From positions 1,984,001-2,048,000 of the forward strand of contig CAUYUJ010000001.1 of assembly GCA_963575745.1 (NCBI GenBank): a stretch of 64,000 bases of DNA, in the 5' to 3' direction. Shown here in pieces: positions 37,834 through 49,439 of this stretch (positions are counted from its first letter, which is position 1; each line of letters starts with the position of its first letter). Position numbers and translations under genes: made by a program. Source of the DNA: Prorocentrum cordatum. Taxonomy: Eukaryota. The notes below the pieces were generated by a model. The model did not search any database. It saw only the letters and a program-made list of their open reading frames with translations, and was not told where the DNA came from.

Positions 37834-39139
37834 CTATGTGCTCTTCCAGTACGACTTGCCTGGACCGCCTGTGTATCATGAAAGGCTCGTGACGGGGGTC
37901 TCGATAGGGGATCCAGGTCTCGTCAGCACGTATTCGCCTGATGGAGACCACTATGCAGAATATACGACGTCGGACGACCTCAGAGATGTGCGGTGGTCGG
38001 GGACGCAGGGCGCGACCCCGCCCGGTGTCAACCCGGCCCACGTCTACCGCTTCCGCCAGGTGCCGACGGCGGCGGAGGTCCAGCAGCTGATCCGCGAGGG
38101 CTCGCTCCTCGTCGGGGGCGTGGCGCCGCCTGCTGCCGCTGCCCCCGCCGCCGCGGCGGCGCCCGCGGCGGGTCCTCCCGCGGCGGCCGCACCCCAGGGA
38201 GCCATCGTGCCTCGCGGCGCTGGCGTGGTGGGAGGAGTCCCGCGCGCTGGGGCCGCGGCCGCCCCCGCAGCGGCTGGCACAGTGTGGCTGGCGATCGAGG
38301 ACTACCAGGGGATGCGGCGCGGCGAGCAGATGCCTGACCCGCTCCCGCAGGGCGCCGTCGTTCACGGAGACCTGGCGCTGGTGCCTCATGCAGGGGGCTT
38401 CGTCGGAGCGCGCCAGGTGGCCATGGCCGACGTGGACGCCTTCGTCGTGGACGACCTGCGCGTGCTGCCCGTGCGTTTCAACCAGCAGGGGGCGCGCCGC
38501 CGCCCATACAGCGAGGCCGTGGACATGCAGATCGTGGACGAGCCCGAGGGCGGCATCATGCTGCAGGGGCCTCGCACTACTGACTGGGTGCTGCGGTCGT
38601 ATCGTAATGCCGGGCTCACGCCAGTCACTCATCATTCGAACTGGCTGAGGTCGGCGCGTATCCCTGATGGAGATCGCTCGGTTCACGAACACGAGGTTCT
38701 GTGCCACGTGCTGGAGGCGATGGTGACCGTGGATCAGCTCAATGCCCCAGCGCTCCAGAGCGCTGAGCTCGTCGTGCGCAGGATTCAGGTCATAGAAGAC
38801 GCTCACTCGGCCTCTCCCTCGAACCCGGACTACTCCGCGGCCGACGAGTTCATGGGCTGGGCCACTCATCGCCAGGGCGCCGCGGTCGCGCCCGACTTGC
38901 AGCGCCACGTTGCCGCGGGCGTGCGCGACCGGGCCGCGATCCTCAAGGAGGCTCGCAAGGCGAAGGAGGAGCAGAAGCTGCGCCGCGGCAAGGGGGCGGC
39001 AGGACCGACGCCAGCGGCACTGGCGGGCAGGGAGCATGACGGCTCCCAGTCGCGGGGGCTGGCCGGCCCGCGACGGACACAAGGCCTGTGGCGCCTCGGC
39101 GGCACGCACCTTCCGTCCTCACGCTGTTCCTGGCGCTGA
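37817..39139 (+). CDS. Gag-like ORF of the DIRS-like element
   Basis: Intact 440-aa ORF in the gag position with GC-rich third positions. [22 protein letters not shown] and a basic KEARKAKEE end. Assignment is mainly positional. Confidence 0.7.
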   Translation: MARVGDYVLFQYDLPGPPVYHERLVTGVSIGDPGLVSTYSPDGDHYAEYTTSDDLRDVRWSGTQGATPPGVNPAHVYRFRQVPTAAEVQQLIREGSLLVGGVAPPAAAAPAAAAAPAAGPPAAAAPQGAIVPRGAGVVGGVPRAGAAAAPAAAGTVWLAIEDYQGMRRGEQMPDPLPQGAVVHGDLALVPHAGGFVGARQVAMADVDAFVVDDLRVLPVRFNQQGARRRPYSEAVDMQIVDEPEGGIMLQGPRTTDWVLRSYRNAGLTPVTHHSNWLRSARIPDGDRSVHEHEVLCHVLEAMVTVDQLNAPALQSAELVVRRIQVIEDAHSASPSNPDYSAADEFMGWATHRQGAAVAPDLQRHVAAGVRDRAAILKEARKAKEEQKLRRGKGAAGPTPAALAGREHDGSQSRGLAGPRRTQGLWRLGGTHLPSSRCSWR

Positions 39140-39257
39140 GGGTCGTGGGGTACCGACCGACTGTGGCCGTGGGGGCCCAGCGGCACGCACCTCACGTCCT
39201 CCAGCCAGGGCAGCCTTCGGGGATCGGGAGGTACCGACCGTCCGAGGATCGTGTGAC

Positions 39258-41480
39258 ATGGGACGCCCTCCTGGGCTGAGAGCAGCTGAAGATCGCCAGC
39301 GTGATCTGTTCCCGCTGCCCTCCATTCAGCCGACTCCGCCTACTTCTGCGCCAGCGTCTACGTCGACGAGGCGAAGGCTGGCTCACAGGCGGCAGACGGA
39401 GCAGTGTGCCAATGATGCCATTGCGGGCCTCAACGCTCTCCATCCTCCTTGCGAGCAGCGTGGGCCCATCACGGCGGCTCAGCGACTCGCGACCGCCACC
39501 ATTTTGAACGAGGTCAGGATGGCCCCGAAGTCTGACACTCAATTTTCTCGCCGTGGAGCCGCGAAGGAGCTCCTGGCCTCCAGCCTGTCCTACACCGCGG
39601 ACGAGGCACCGAGTCCCGTGGTAAGGTACGTCAGATCCCGAGTCGACATCCCAGAAGTGGGTGCGGTCATACCTCCTGTCGAGTCGGTGCTCGACGGGAT
39701 CGGGAGGAACTACGTGCTGGACTACGAGCAAACGATGATGAAGACTCCCGACGAGTGGTCCCGCGTCTTGGATAGCGAGCCGCCCGTCACTCCCTACATG
39801 GGCGAAGTTTTGAAGCGTGACCCTGTGGCGTACAACACCTTCATCGGCGACCTGGTGAAGGCTAACATGCTGGGGTTCACGAACCGCCCGAAGGACCTGG
39901 TCACCCCTTTCTTCGTGGCCAAGAAGAGTGGAGCACAGCGTCTCGTCTGGGACGCTAGAGTGCCAAATCGACGTTTTCGCGACCCGCCGCCGCTGGCCAT
40001 GGGGACATCGGCTGCGCACGGACGCCTTCAGCTACCTGATGATCGTGAGGAGGGCGGCAGCTTCAGCACCAAGCTCTTCTGTGCCCAGGCGGATGTGCGC
40101 AACTACTTCTACGCTCTCGGCCTGAGGGAGGAGCTGGGACTGTTCTTCTCGCTGCCGCTGGTGTCACAGGCTTCGTTGTCGCAATGGGGGGTTGAGGCAG
40201 TGGACACTCCCGAGGGCCCCTCAGGGGGCTGGGTCTGGCCGTTCCTGCGGGTCGTGCCGATGGGCTGGTCTTGGGCTTTCTGGCTTGGGCAGCGTGCGAA
40301 TGCGCGCGTCCGCTGCTCTGCCTCGGGGCTCGGGTTCCCGCGGGTGCTGACCGATCACGGTCCGGTGCCCCCGCTCGACGGGGGGGCCCTTGCCTCTTAC
40401 CCTATTGCGATAACATCAACGTGATCGGCACTGACCCTGACAAATGCAATGTCCTGATGCACCAGATCTGCGACGCCTGGAGGAAGCATGGCGTGCAGAT
40501 CCACGAGGTGGTTGAGGCCACCGACGTCTTCACCGGCCTCGGCCGCCTGATCGACGGCGCGTCTGGGCGAGTTTTCTCACGGCCCGAGCGCTCCGAGCGC
40601 CTCCGCCAGGCCTCACTGTGGCTAGAGCAGCGCCCTAGAGTCACGGTGAGGGAGGTGGAGAGGTATGTGGGTCATCTCATTGATCATTTGATGCTGAAGA
40701 GGGAGCTGCTCTCGATCCTCAGGAGTTTGTATGATTTCGTCAGAGATTGCTATCACGTGCGAGCACGTCTCTGGCCCTCAGCTGCCCGCGAAGTCGAGCA
40801 GTGCCGTCGCTTGCTGCCGCTGATGTCTGCTAACCTTCGGCTTCAGTGGTCGCCGACTGTCTTCGCCTAAGACGCTTGCCTGACGGGTATGGCGACGTGC
40901 CAGACAACACTGTCATCGGATCTTGTCAAGCGCATCGGGTCAGTCAGTGAGAGATGGAGATATCGCATGCCTTCGGCTATCTCGGCACGCCGGTCAGCTC
41001 TGGGAGTCCGTTCTGGATGCGACGAGGCCTCGGAGGGGCCGTTCGACGTCTTCAGCGACGTCGAGACCGTCAAGGCCCCCAGGAGTACCAGCATGGACCT
41101 TGTCAAGGACCCCTGGGAGCTCAACCCGCAGTTCACAGAGGTGCCCGTCCAGGCTCTGCAAGGCCCCCAGTGGAAGCAGGTGGTCTCGGCCAGGGTTCAC
41201 GTCAAGGAGCCCATCACGATTATCGAGGGGAGGGCTTCGAACATGACATCACGTCATATCACATGGGCACAGGCCTCTTTTGGTCTCCGTCATCTGCGTT
41301 TCGGGGACAACCTCGGCACCGTGCTCGCGCTCGGACGTGGGCGATGCTCCTCCTACCCCCTTCTGCTGTGCTGCCGCAGAGAGGCTGCCTACTCCGTCGC
41401 CACTGCGTCGCGGTTCGAGCATCGGTGGATACCTTCGGAGCTCAACCCTTCCGATGAAGGGTCGAGGCGCTGGGATGCCA
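39258..41480 (+). pseudogene. DIRS-type RT-RNase H (pol) with one frameshift (~40385, G-run) and one stop (40868)
   Basis: PFFVAKKSGAQRLVWDAR.PN; ADVRNYFY; PMGWSWA; PYCDNINVIG. RNase H motifs VFA*DAC, IIEGRA, FGDNL, RWIPSELNPSDEGSR. Confidence 0.9.
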
Positions 41481-42848
41481 AGTCGGGAGGTATCTCGCCT
41501 GCCCCGCGCGGCGCCCGTCAAGCGCCCGGCTGCCAGCCCCAAGATTGCGCAGAAGAGCTTCCTGAAGGGCAGGACGTTCGTGGGGGCGACGAAGGAGGAG
41601 AGGATCGCTCACCGTCTGCGGGCCTCTGGGCCGTTCGCGATGGTGGGGGAGGACGAGAGGAGCTTCCTGGAGTGGAACGCGGTGGCGCCCGAGACCCAGG
41701 GATACTACAAGGACGCCCTCGACGACTTCCAGACGTTCGTGGACCTCTTCGGGCTGCCGCTGCGCACCGCTGCTCAAGTCGACCTGGCGCTGATGAACTA
41801 CGCCGATTACGCCTGGAGCATCGGGCTCGAGAGAGCCGCCGTCCTGAAAACATATGCCGCGTACATCTCGGCGCACCCCGACTTTTCCCGAAAGAGGTCG
41901 CTCCGCCTGCCGCGTTTCTGTCGGGCCCTCCAGGGTTGGAAGCGCCTGGACCCAGGCCAGACGCGCCCGCCTATGCCCTGGCAGGTGGTCGCGCTGGTCG
42001 CACTGGTGATGGCCACGCAGCTGGGGTCCCCGCACGCGGCGCTCATGGTGATGACGATGTTCTGGGTGTACCTCAGGCCCTCCGAGGCCGTCGGCCTGCG
42101 CGAGCAGGACCTCTTCCTCCCCTCGGGCTCGCGCACGGACTACGGCTTCAACCTGCACCCCAGCGCGAGGGGCGAGTACAGCAAGACCAGCATGTCGGAC
42201 GTGAGCTTGCTCCTCGATTCGGTCGAGGTGCCCTGGCTGGGCCCGCTGCTGGCGCGCGCGAGGTCGGGAGACCCGCAGGCGCCGCTGTTCCGTCTCACCG
42301 CCGCGCAGCTCGGCGTCCTGTGGCGCCAGTCGCTGGAGCGGGCCGAGGTGCCCACCAGGTACGTGCCCTGCCAGCTCCGCCACGGGGGCCCGTCGCACGA
42401 TCGCCTCAAGAGGTATCGATCCATGGGCGAGATCAAGAGGCGCGGGCGGTGGGCCAGCGACTACACGATGAAGCGCTACGAGGCCCATGCGCTGGCGCAG
42501 CAGGAGCTCGCAGCGCCCCCGGACGACGTCCGCCGCAGGGCCGAGGCGGCGCCCGCGAAGCTGCACGCCGAGCTCGAGAGGCTCCTGGCGCGGCCCCAGA
42601 GGCCGCGGACGGCCACGCCGTCGGCGCGGCTGCAGGCGGCGCCCGCGCCCAGCATGCGCCGCCCCGCACCTTCTGCCAAGGTGCCGCAGCCCGCGCCCGT
42701 GCCAGGTTTTTCGTCGAGCTCATGTGCGGCTCCGCCGCCTTTGCCAAGGCCGTCCACGCCGCCGGCTGGGCTTCGGAAGGCTGGGACTACGCTGATGACC
42801 CGCGAGCCGACCTTCTTGATGAATCCCTCATCGACAGTCTGGTATTGA
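41475..42848 (+). CDS. Tyrosine recombinase (integrase) of the DIRS-like element
   Basis: YLRPSE (Arg I), SKT (Lys), CQLRHGG (Arg II), RGRW, KRYE (catalytic Tyr). Confidence 0.9.
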   Translation: MPSREVSRLPRAAPVKRPAASPKIAQKSFLKGRTFVGATKEERIAHRLRASGPFAMVGEDERSFLEWNAVAPETQGYYKDALDDFQTFVDLFGLPLRTAAQVDLALMNYADYAWSIGLERAAVLKTYAAYISAHPDFSRKRSLRLPRFCRALQGWKRLDPGQTRPPMPWQVVALVALVMATQLGSPHAALMVMTMFWVYLRPSEAVGLREQDLFLPSGSRTDYGFNLHPSARGEYSKTSMSDVSLLLDSVEVPWLGPLLARARSGDPQAPLFRLTAAQLGVLWRQSLERAEVPTRYVPCQLRHGGPSHDRLKRYRSMGEIKRRGRWASDYTMKRYEAHALAQQELAAPPDDVRRRAEAAPAKLHAELERLLARPQRPRTATPSARLQAAPAPSMRRPAPSAKVPQPAPVPGFSSSSCAAPPPLPRPSTPPAGLRKAGTTLMTREPTFLMNPSSTVWY

Positions 42849-43432
42849 GGATCTCACGGAAGGAGGTCGCGGGGGTGCATGTTGGCCTGGACTGCAAAAC
42901 GTGGAGCCGGGCAAGGAAGAATGATGGACGGGGTCCGCCGCCACTCAGGGACGACGCGAACGTGCACGGCCTCCCTCGGCTGGCGGCGGCGGACGCTGAG
43001 AAGGTTAGGATCGCCAATCGTCTGCTCGCTAATGTTCTGCGCCTGCTGGCTGCTGCCGTCGAGGCGGGAGTCCCTTTCTCTCTCGAGAACCCTCGCTCGT
43101 CTCGCCTCTGGCTGGTCCCGGAACTTCTGGACAGGGCCCGCGAAGCTCACGCCGAGTGGGCTTCTGTTGATTACTGCCAGTATCAGGTCCCCTGGAAAAA
43201 GTCGACAACCTTTTTGCTATCCAATTGGCTGCCAGCGCAGCCGTCCCTCCGCCTGTGTACAGGCTGTCAAAAAAGGTGTAGTGCCACTGGTAAGGCGCAC
43301 ATAACACTGAAGGGTAAAGACCCGCTCGGTGTGTTCTGGACCTCGAGAGCGCGTCCTTACCCCGCGGCGCTCTGCAAAGATCTCGCAGCGCTGGTGGTGG
43401 CCAAGGCCAAGACACTGGATGGCAGTGGGTAG
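42700..43432 (+). CDS. C5 cytosine DNA methyltransferase-like domain, uninterrupted
   Basis: FFVELMCGSA (motif I), GWDY..D..ADL (II/III), VHVGLDCKTWSRAR (IV Cys), FSLENP (VI), DYCQY..PWKKST (VIII-like), ARPYP..LC (X-like). Confidence 0.8.
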
Positions 43433-43879
43433 GGGCTCAGAGTCTTGAATGCCGCTCGCTCAGTCTGGTCAGGTCAGCGCCCTCGTGCTGCCCTGTCACC
43501 GCCTGCCGCTCGTTCTCTTGAATTGCTTCGAAGCAGCGGAGCATGCCGAAGGAAAAGTGATCTTGGCACGGGTAGCAGCCTAAACTCATGCGTTGTGCTT
43601 GCACATTAATGATCTCTTGCTGCGTTCAGTGCCGTATGTCGCAACTTATGCTCAAGTTTTTCCAGGACCCGCCTGCCGTCCCCATCTTCCACCTTCCTGG
43701 GCGTCACTTCGCCAACCCAGGGGGCTCAGAGTCTTGAATGCCGCTCGCTCAGTCTGGTCAGGTCAGCGCCCTCGTGCTGCCCTGTCACCGCCTGCCGCTC
43801 GTTCTCTTGAGTTGCTTCGAAGCAGCGGAGCATGCCGAAGGAAAAGTGATCTTGGCACGGGTAGCAGCCTAAGCTCATG
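43432..43879 (+). repeat. Right-end split repeats B1 (43432-43590), A2 (43588-43667), B2 (43721-43879)
   Basis: Direct sequence comparison. Confidence 0.97.
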
Positions 43880-45239
43880 TATATATAGTCATGGCGCACT
43901 GGCGTTTCGAAGTCCTCGCCGACGGGGCTCGGCAAGGCGCCCGCGCACAGGCTGCTCGAGGAGACTCCTAGCGAGCAGTCGGCGCGCGCCCGGGACGCTG
44001 CGTCCCCGCCCGCGGGCCGCTGAGACACCCCGGGTCTCCGTGCAACCTTGATGCGGCTGGCTTCGGCCTCGAGTCAGCCTCAGCAGGGGTGGGAGGAGAG
44101 GAAGCGGAGGAGGATCGGATCGGATCGGATCAGCTGCAGTCAGCTTCTGCCGGGGGCGTGTCGCGGCCAAGTGTGCCACAAGAAGCCACGGGCCTGTTCA
44201 AAACAGGCGTATCCGATCGTGGGGTCCAAGTGATGTGACCCTTATCGACAAACTCGACTGTGGAAGCACGAGCAAAGATACATGACAGGGCACCTGACGC
44301 CCAACATACCCCCACCCAATCACAATTCATCATAATCAACCCATCTCCCACCTCCTCCTCATAGGCGGGGGGCAGGCACGCGCGGCGCGCCTCGCCGATG
44401 TAGGTGTTCCCGACCCATCGGGACGGATGGCACGGGGGGAGAAAGCAAGTCATGAAGCACGAGCACGCTGCTGCTGCGGCTTGCTCTCTTTCTTTCTCTC
44501 TCTCTCTCTCTCTCTCGCATACAAAAAGAAGAAAGACAAATCATGCCAACTCGACGGCGCACATATGAAAATCGTGCTGCACAAGCCTAACCAAGGCACG
44601 TTTGTGATGAATAAAGATAATAACACACCATCAGAAATCCTCCTCCTCCACCTCACATGTAATCATACCCTAACCTCCTGAAGTCAAGTGCGTGTAGCAG
44701 CTCGAAACCGTTGGTGCAAATCAGCCTGGACGAAATCCCGATTCGACGAACTCATGTCTCTAGCATGCTCGCCGAACAGGTTCATGGACGCAATGGGGAA
44801 CCGTCTTGCATCAGCCTCTCTAGCACTTCTCCGTCTGAGAGTTTCTGCTCGATTCTCTGTTATTCTATCAAGCAGTGACTGGGAGAGACAGGGGGGAGGT
44901 TTAGGGGGATGGGGAAACAGACGAAGTGGAATCCTCTCGTCTGTCCTGAGATGGTAAAATCGGCCGAACCTCAACAGCAGACAGGATGGCAATCGAATGA
45001 GAGTTCTCCAAATCCTGATCATCGTTGGCAGGCTCGTCACCTGTGGTCAGGTCGAGAGCTTTCCTAATGTGTGCAATGGTCGACTCTCCTCTCGTCGATC
45101 TAGCCACGGCGAAATCAGGACCCATCTCAGGAGCGTCCGAAGAACACCGAATAGACTCAACAAACAACTTACGTAGAGCTAGAGTCTCTGTGTGGTCTGA
45201 TTCCTAAACACAAAATCTACAGAAGGCAACACTACATTC

Positions 45240-45985
45240 AGAAGAGCCTGACCTAAAACTGTGCACATCGCCTCCGGATCGACTTTCTTGGGGGCAGTTC
45301 TGAAAGTCTTCCTGTCAGAATCCCGTCCGAGCAAAGTATTGTGAGCTCTGGGTCCGTGGCTACACTTGCCCCTCCAGGAGTTCTTAGCAACATGTCAGGC
45401 AAAGTCCCTAGACGTATAGCAAGGATACCTGTGGGTGCCCTGCCCGCCAGCTGTCCGAATTCGCACTGGTCAAACTCAGTAGATGAGGCACACGGGGCAC
45501 TGGCGAGAGCTCTGGCAGGCCTAAAGCTCCAAGACGGAGCAGCTCTCGGTTTCCAGACAGGGGAAGCATGATGTTCTCCCAACCCACATCTTCCTACTTC
45601 AGCACATACCGAGAGCAACTCGATGTGTGACATGAATAGAACATTCGCGATCTGAACCTGAAGCCGCTGCCTAGGGATGATGGCCTCTATGCCCCATGGT
45701 GCAGCCCAGGAACGCAGCGGAGGGGGGCCTCCGTCCTTTCAACGTGCAGCCGAAAAAGTTTCGCACGGAGGCCCCCTTCCTACTGCAGCAACTCTGCCTG
45801 CCCGAATGTGTTCAATCCAAAAACTTCCTGTGGCAGGCTTGCTGAGGTCGCCCGCTTCTTTGTCTATGATGATATCAAAAGGCAAACACCTGAGCTCTAC
45901 ATTCGGAAGAATAGTTTCTAGCATTATCTCAACGGCCGCCCTGGCGCCGCTTTCCGCAAAAGAGATTAGCACTAAAAATCGTCCT
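45240..45985 (-). pseudogene. C-terminal C5 methyltransferase-like domain of the LINE ORF2
   Basis: LFCGKRRQG (motif I, across a frameshift); FDII.D..GDL; GPPCETFSAAR*KDGGPPPLR (IV); LGEHH (VI-like); FDQCEFG..PT; AHNTLLGRD..FRTAPKKVDPEAMC. Confidence 0.8.
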
Positions 45986-47433
45986 ACGCATCAATATACG
46001 TGGAACGGGGTCTGCAAGGGGTCCAGTGTAGGCCTCACGCTCGAAAAGGCCAAACCAAGAGAAGACCGCGGACGGATCCGGGAGCTGGCTGTCCTACCTC
46101 GAATTGCTGTAGTTATTGCCTAGACCAACCTGTGACATGCTGGAGTGTGTTCTGTATATGTAACTGCGCCTGCCCACGTGTGTACATGCCCCGCACCATC
46201 TGAGCGACTGGATCGATGGGGCCTGGAAGCACACGTGACGGCATATGTGCATGTGAGGTGGACTAACCCCTCCTACGTGCTTGCTGGTTAGTTTGATGCT
46301 CTTCCAAAGTCAACCTTTCTTGTTCTTCGCTTGAAAGAACAGGTACGTTGATCAAACGAAAAAAAAAGCAAGAAGGTCTCCATGAGGTGACATGTCTGAG
46401 AAGGGGGGGCCTCGAGGAGAAGGTGCGGCGGCAAGCGGCACATGTCGGCCCAGACACGTGCCGTCTCGTCAGCCCTATCACCGCAACGTGTAAAGAGCGA
46501 ATGTGTGTACCCTAGGACGGGACGGATAAAGTTTCAAACTCACAAAATGGGCATCTCATTTCTGGAACTTGCGGGTCATCCTGAACATCTCGGGCTGGCG
46601 GAAGGCCCGCTCTTTGCAAATCCGGCAACACCTTTTTTTGCCACCGAGCCCCATCCACATCCCTTCTGGCTTGTTCGGCGCAAGCCTTGAGCGCCTCAGC
46701 CAGGGTACGCTTCCATGCCTGCGGTGATGACTTGACCGTGTTAACCCACATCTGAGGGTCCGCAATTGGGGTGGGAAAAGGAACAAGGGAGTGGTGGCTA
46801 GCCCTCAACCGCAGCAAGTCATCCTGGACATGATGTAACCAAGACCTCCTGTTCGTGCCATGTGCTTGTTTGTGTTCTGAGTGTAGAAGTGCCAGTAGCG
46901 GGCCTGGGGCCGCATTCAAAACTTGACCCAACAAACGCAGACGAAAATTCGAAGCACTATTATGATAGAAGGGCGAGCAGCAATAGCCATGACTTCCTCA
47001 TCCGTAGGTCCGTGCGCTTCAAACCTAGGAAGACGTAAGACCCTTCTATACTTTTTAGCGTGAGCAGTTCTAAGAGTAACCACGTCACTTCCGTAAAAAT
47101 CGCACCATGTTCCTGCTCCATACAGCGCCGAGTTCAGTACTAGCGAATTTGTAAAGACCAGTCTGGGTAAACATGTATCACTAGATGCTTGTCTACACGC
47201 CCTGCTCAAGTGCATAAAGTGGCACACGTGCCTCTACGTCTCCATGAACAAGCTCAGGGCCAAGTACTGCCCGGTCCATTAGCACAGCACCGAAATATAC
47301 TGACCTGCGCGAGTGCCACTACACACGAGCATGCGCACAGGCAAGCGCGCACCAATTGTATGAAATACATATTACCGAAACGCAGCAGATCCAGGACCAT
47401 GCAAACGTAGCGTAATCTCAGTTTGCCCCGCCT

Positions 47434-48500
47434 TCAGGCGGGGAACAAGACCTGCAGGGGCAAAAGAGTTGACTGCGATCCTGCAAAAATCTTCTCGAGG
47501 TGCCGCTTGAATACTTCCAGAGAAGCCAGGAACGCAAGCATGGAATTATCTGCGTAAACTTGATCCGGAACAAATACCTTAGAGTTGCCGGCAGCATCCT
47601 CAAAGATGTTCGCTCCTGGTGCGTCCAGGGTGAACATGATGTCCATCGCCTCAACAACGATGAACACCAGGGTGCGTACAGGGCGAACACAGTTCATGAC
47701 CTCAGCAATGATGAAGAGAAACAGTGCATCTCCAAACGTTGTCCCTGGACGAGTACCTCGGAAAGTCACAGCAGCGCGCGTGGCCCCAGGGAATAAAAAC
47801 CATCCCATCCGGAAAGCCTCTTCGACCAAAACCAATAAGGTGATCATTGAGGTCATGTCGTTGCAAACACGGCAATTCTTGAAGTCGTTGCGCGAGCAAT
47901 GCTAAGTGTGCATCTGGAAGCCCAGCATCTGCCAGCAACGCCTTTAAGGACTCAGGCGCGTGATCTGTCTTGAGCACAAGCTCCCGAATAGCAATGAAAA
48001 AGGCGTTCATAACGTCCACAAAAAGCACGGCCAGACAATCCAGCCTTGTGTGAGTATTTCTGCTCTGCCGGGTATACCTGCATACTGATGGTCAACCATT
48101 GCCTGTTGCATTGTTGGCATTAACTTGCGTCGTGGATTTGCGTGATGTGCCTTGTCTATGTGCGAAGCAACTAGAATTGATATTGATGCTGTCGTAGTAT
48201 AGGCATTGCCCTTGGCCTTAGGCATTCTAGGTAAATCTCCGCCATCCGAGTGTAAAGGTTCTGATATAAGATGGCCAGCCTTGACAGACTCAGACAATGG
48301 ATAGTATGCCTTAGCCAATGCACTAGCACATGCGCGCACAAACAAACCGTGTAGCCCGTCAGAACCTCCAGCACTATTCTTAGTACCTCTGAGTCCCCTA
48401 TGAAAATCTTGGAGAGTAGGGATATTTTGAATGCGCCTGCTTGCCGTGTCCTGCTCGAGACCTGTCGCAAAAGGTGTCCACGAACGTCTGCGGCGCAACC
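47434..48500 (-). pseudogene. Non-LTR reverse transcriptase remnant
   Basis: AGGSDGL; HQYAGIPGR; LFVDVMNAF; GTRPGTTFGDALF; VYADNS. Confidence 0.85.
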
Positions 48501-49439
48501 TTGGCCGCTAGCTTCTGGTCAAGAAAAATGTTCCAGCCACGGCTCCGTGGCCTGCTGGACAGTAGAAACATGCTCTCCAGTTGGACCTTCAATAGCGGGC
48601 AGCACCTTAGCCCGGCGATGTCGTTTGCCAGCCGCACCACGCCTGCGCAGCGCAGCAAACGCATCGCCAAACTCTTTGGCCGGCCATAAATCCCCGATCG
48701 AATCAGCCAATTCGTTGAGGGACCAATCGACTTCTCGACGCGAATGCGCATGTGCTGCTCGATTGAGGGGTTGTACTAATATGAACTGTAGAGCCTGTAT
48801 GCGATGCGATAACAGCCGACACAGTAAATCCAATCCAGTCAAGCATCGAGAGCCAGCCTGATGACGTGTAATCCTCGGGATATCTCCGATAAACCTGCAC
48901 CAAGTAACCCAACTTCGAGCATTACAGAACCTGTCAACGTCGCACATAAAATTGTCGGCCAGCAGCGACTGAACATTTTCCTTGGCAAACGTTCCAACTC
49001 TACCTGCAAGCGCCAGGAGGCTGTGCTGAGTCGTTGAAACCCAGTCGGCAACGAAGATGTCCTCGCTTTTCGTCGCCAGCACATGCCAAGCCCTAAAATG
49101 GACTGCCTGCCAGAGGTTCGTAACCAAGTGCCGGAACTGCCTGGTACCCCTTCGATGCGACCGAATCGACGCAAGATTACCGAGTGTGATCCCCGACAAC
49201 CCTGCTTTATTGTTCTGTCGGTCTTGGTTAACGAATCATGTTTCCATTCCCTGACGTGCGTGCTGCGTGACAAGCGCGCAGTGCTCCGTAGGCGGTGCCG
49301 CCCACGATGGCGCAGGGCATGTCTGCATATGCAAATTGGAAGCCCGAGTGCACTCTGGACCTTGAAGCATGCGCCTGTCCAGCTGCGGCTTCGAGGATAA
49401 CGCACTTAGGCTGGCCCGTGCCGAACGCGCAGGCGCGCT

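Larger units (their letters stand above)
37315..43879 (+). mobile_element. DIRS-group tyrosine-recombinase retrotransposon with split direct repeats (PAT/Ngaro-type layout), carrying a DNMT-like domain
   Basis: A1 37315-37394 equals A2 43588-43667 (80 bp). B1 43432-43590 matches B2 43721-43879 (159 bp, 2 mismatches). ORFs for gag-like protein, RT, RNase H, YR and methyltransferase. Confidence 0.95.
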
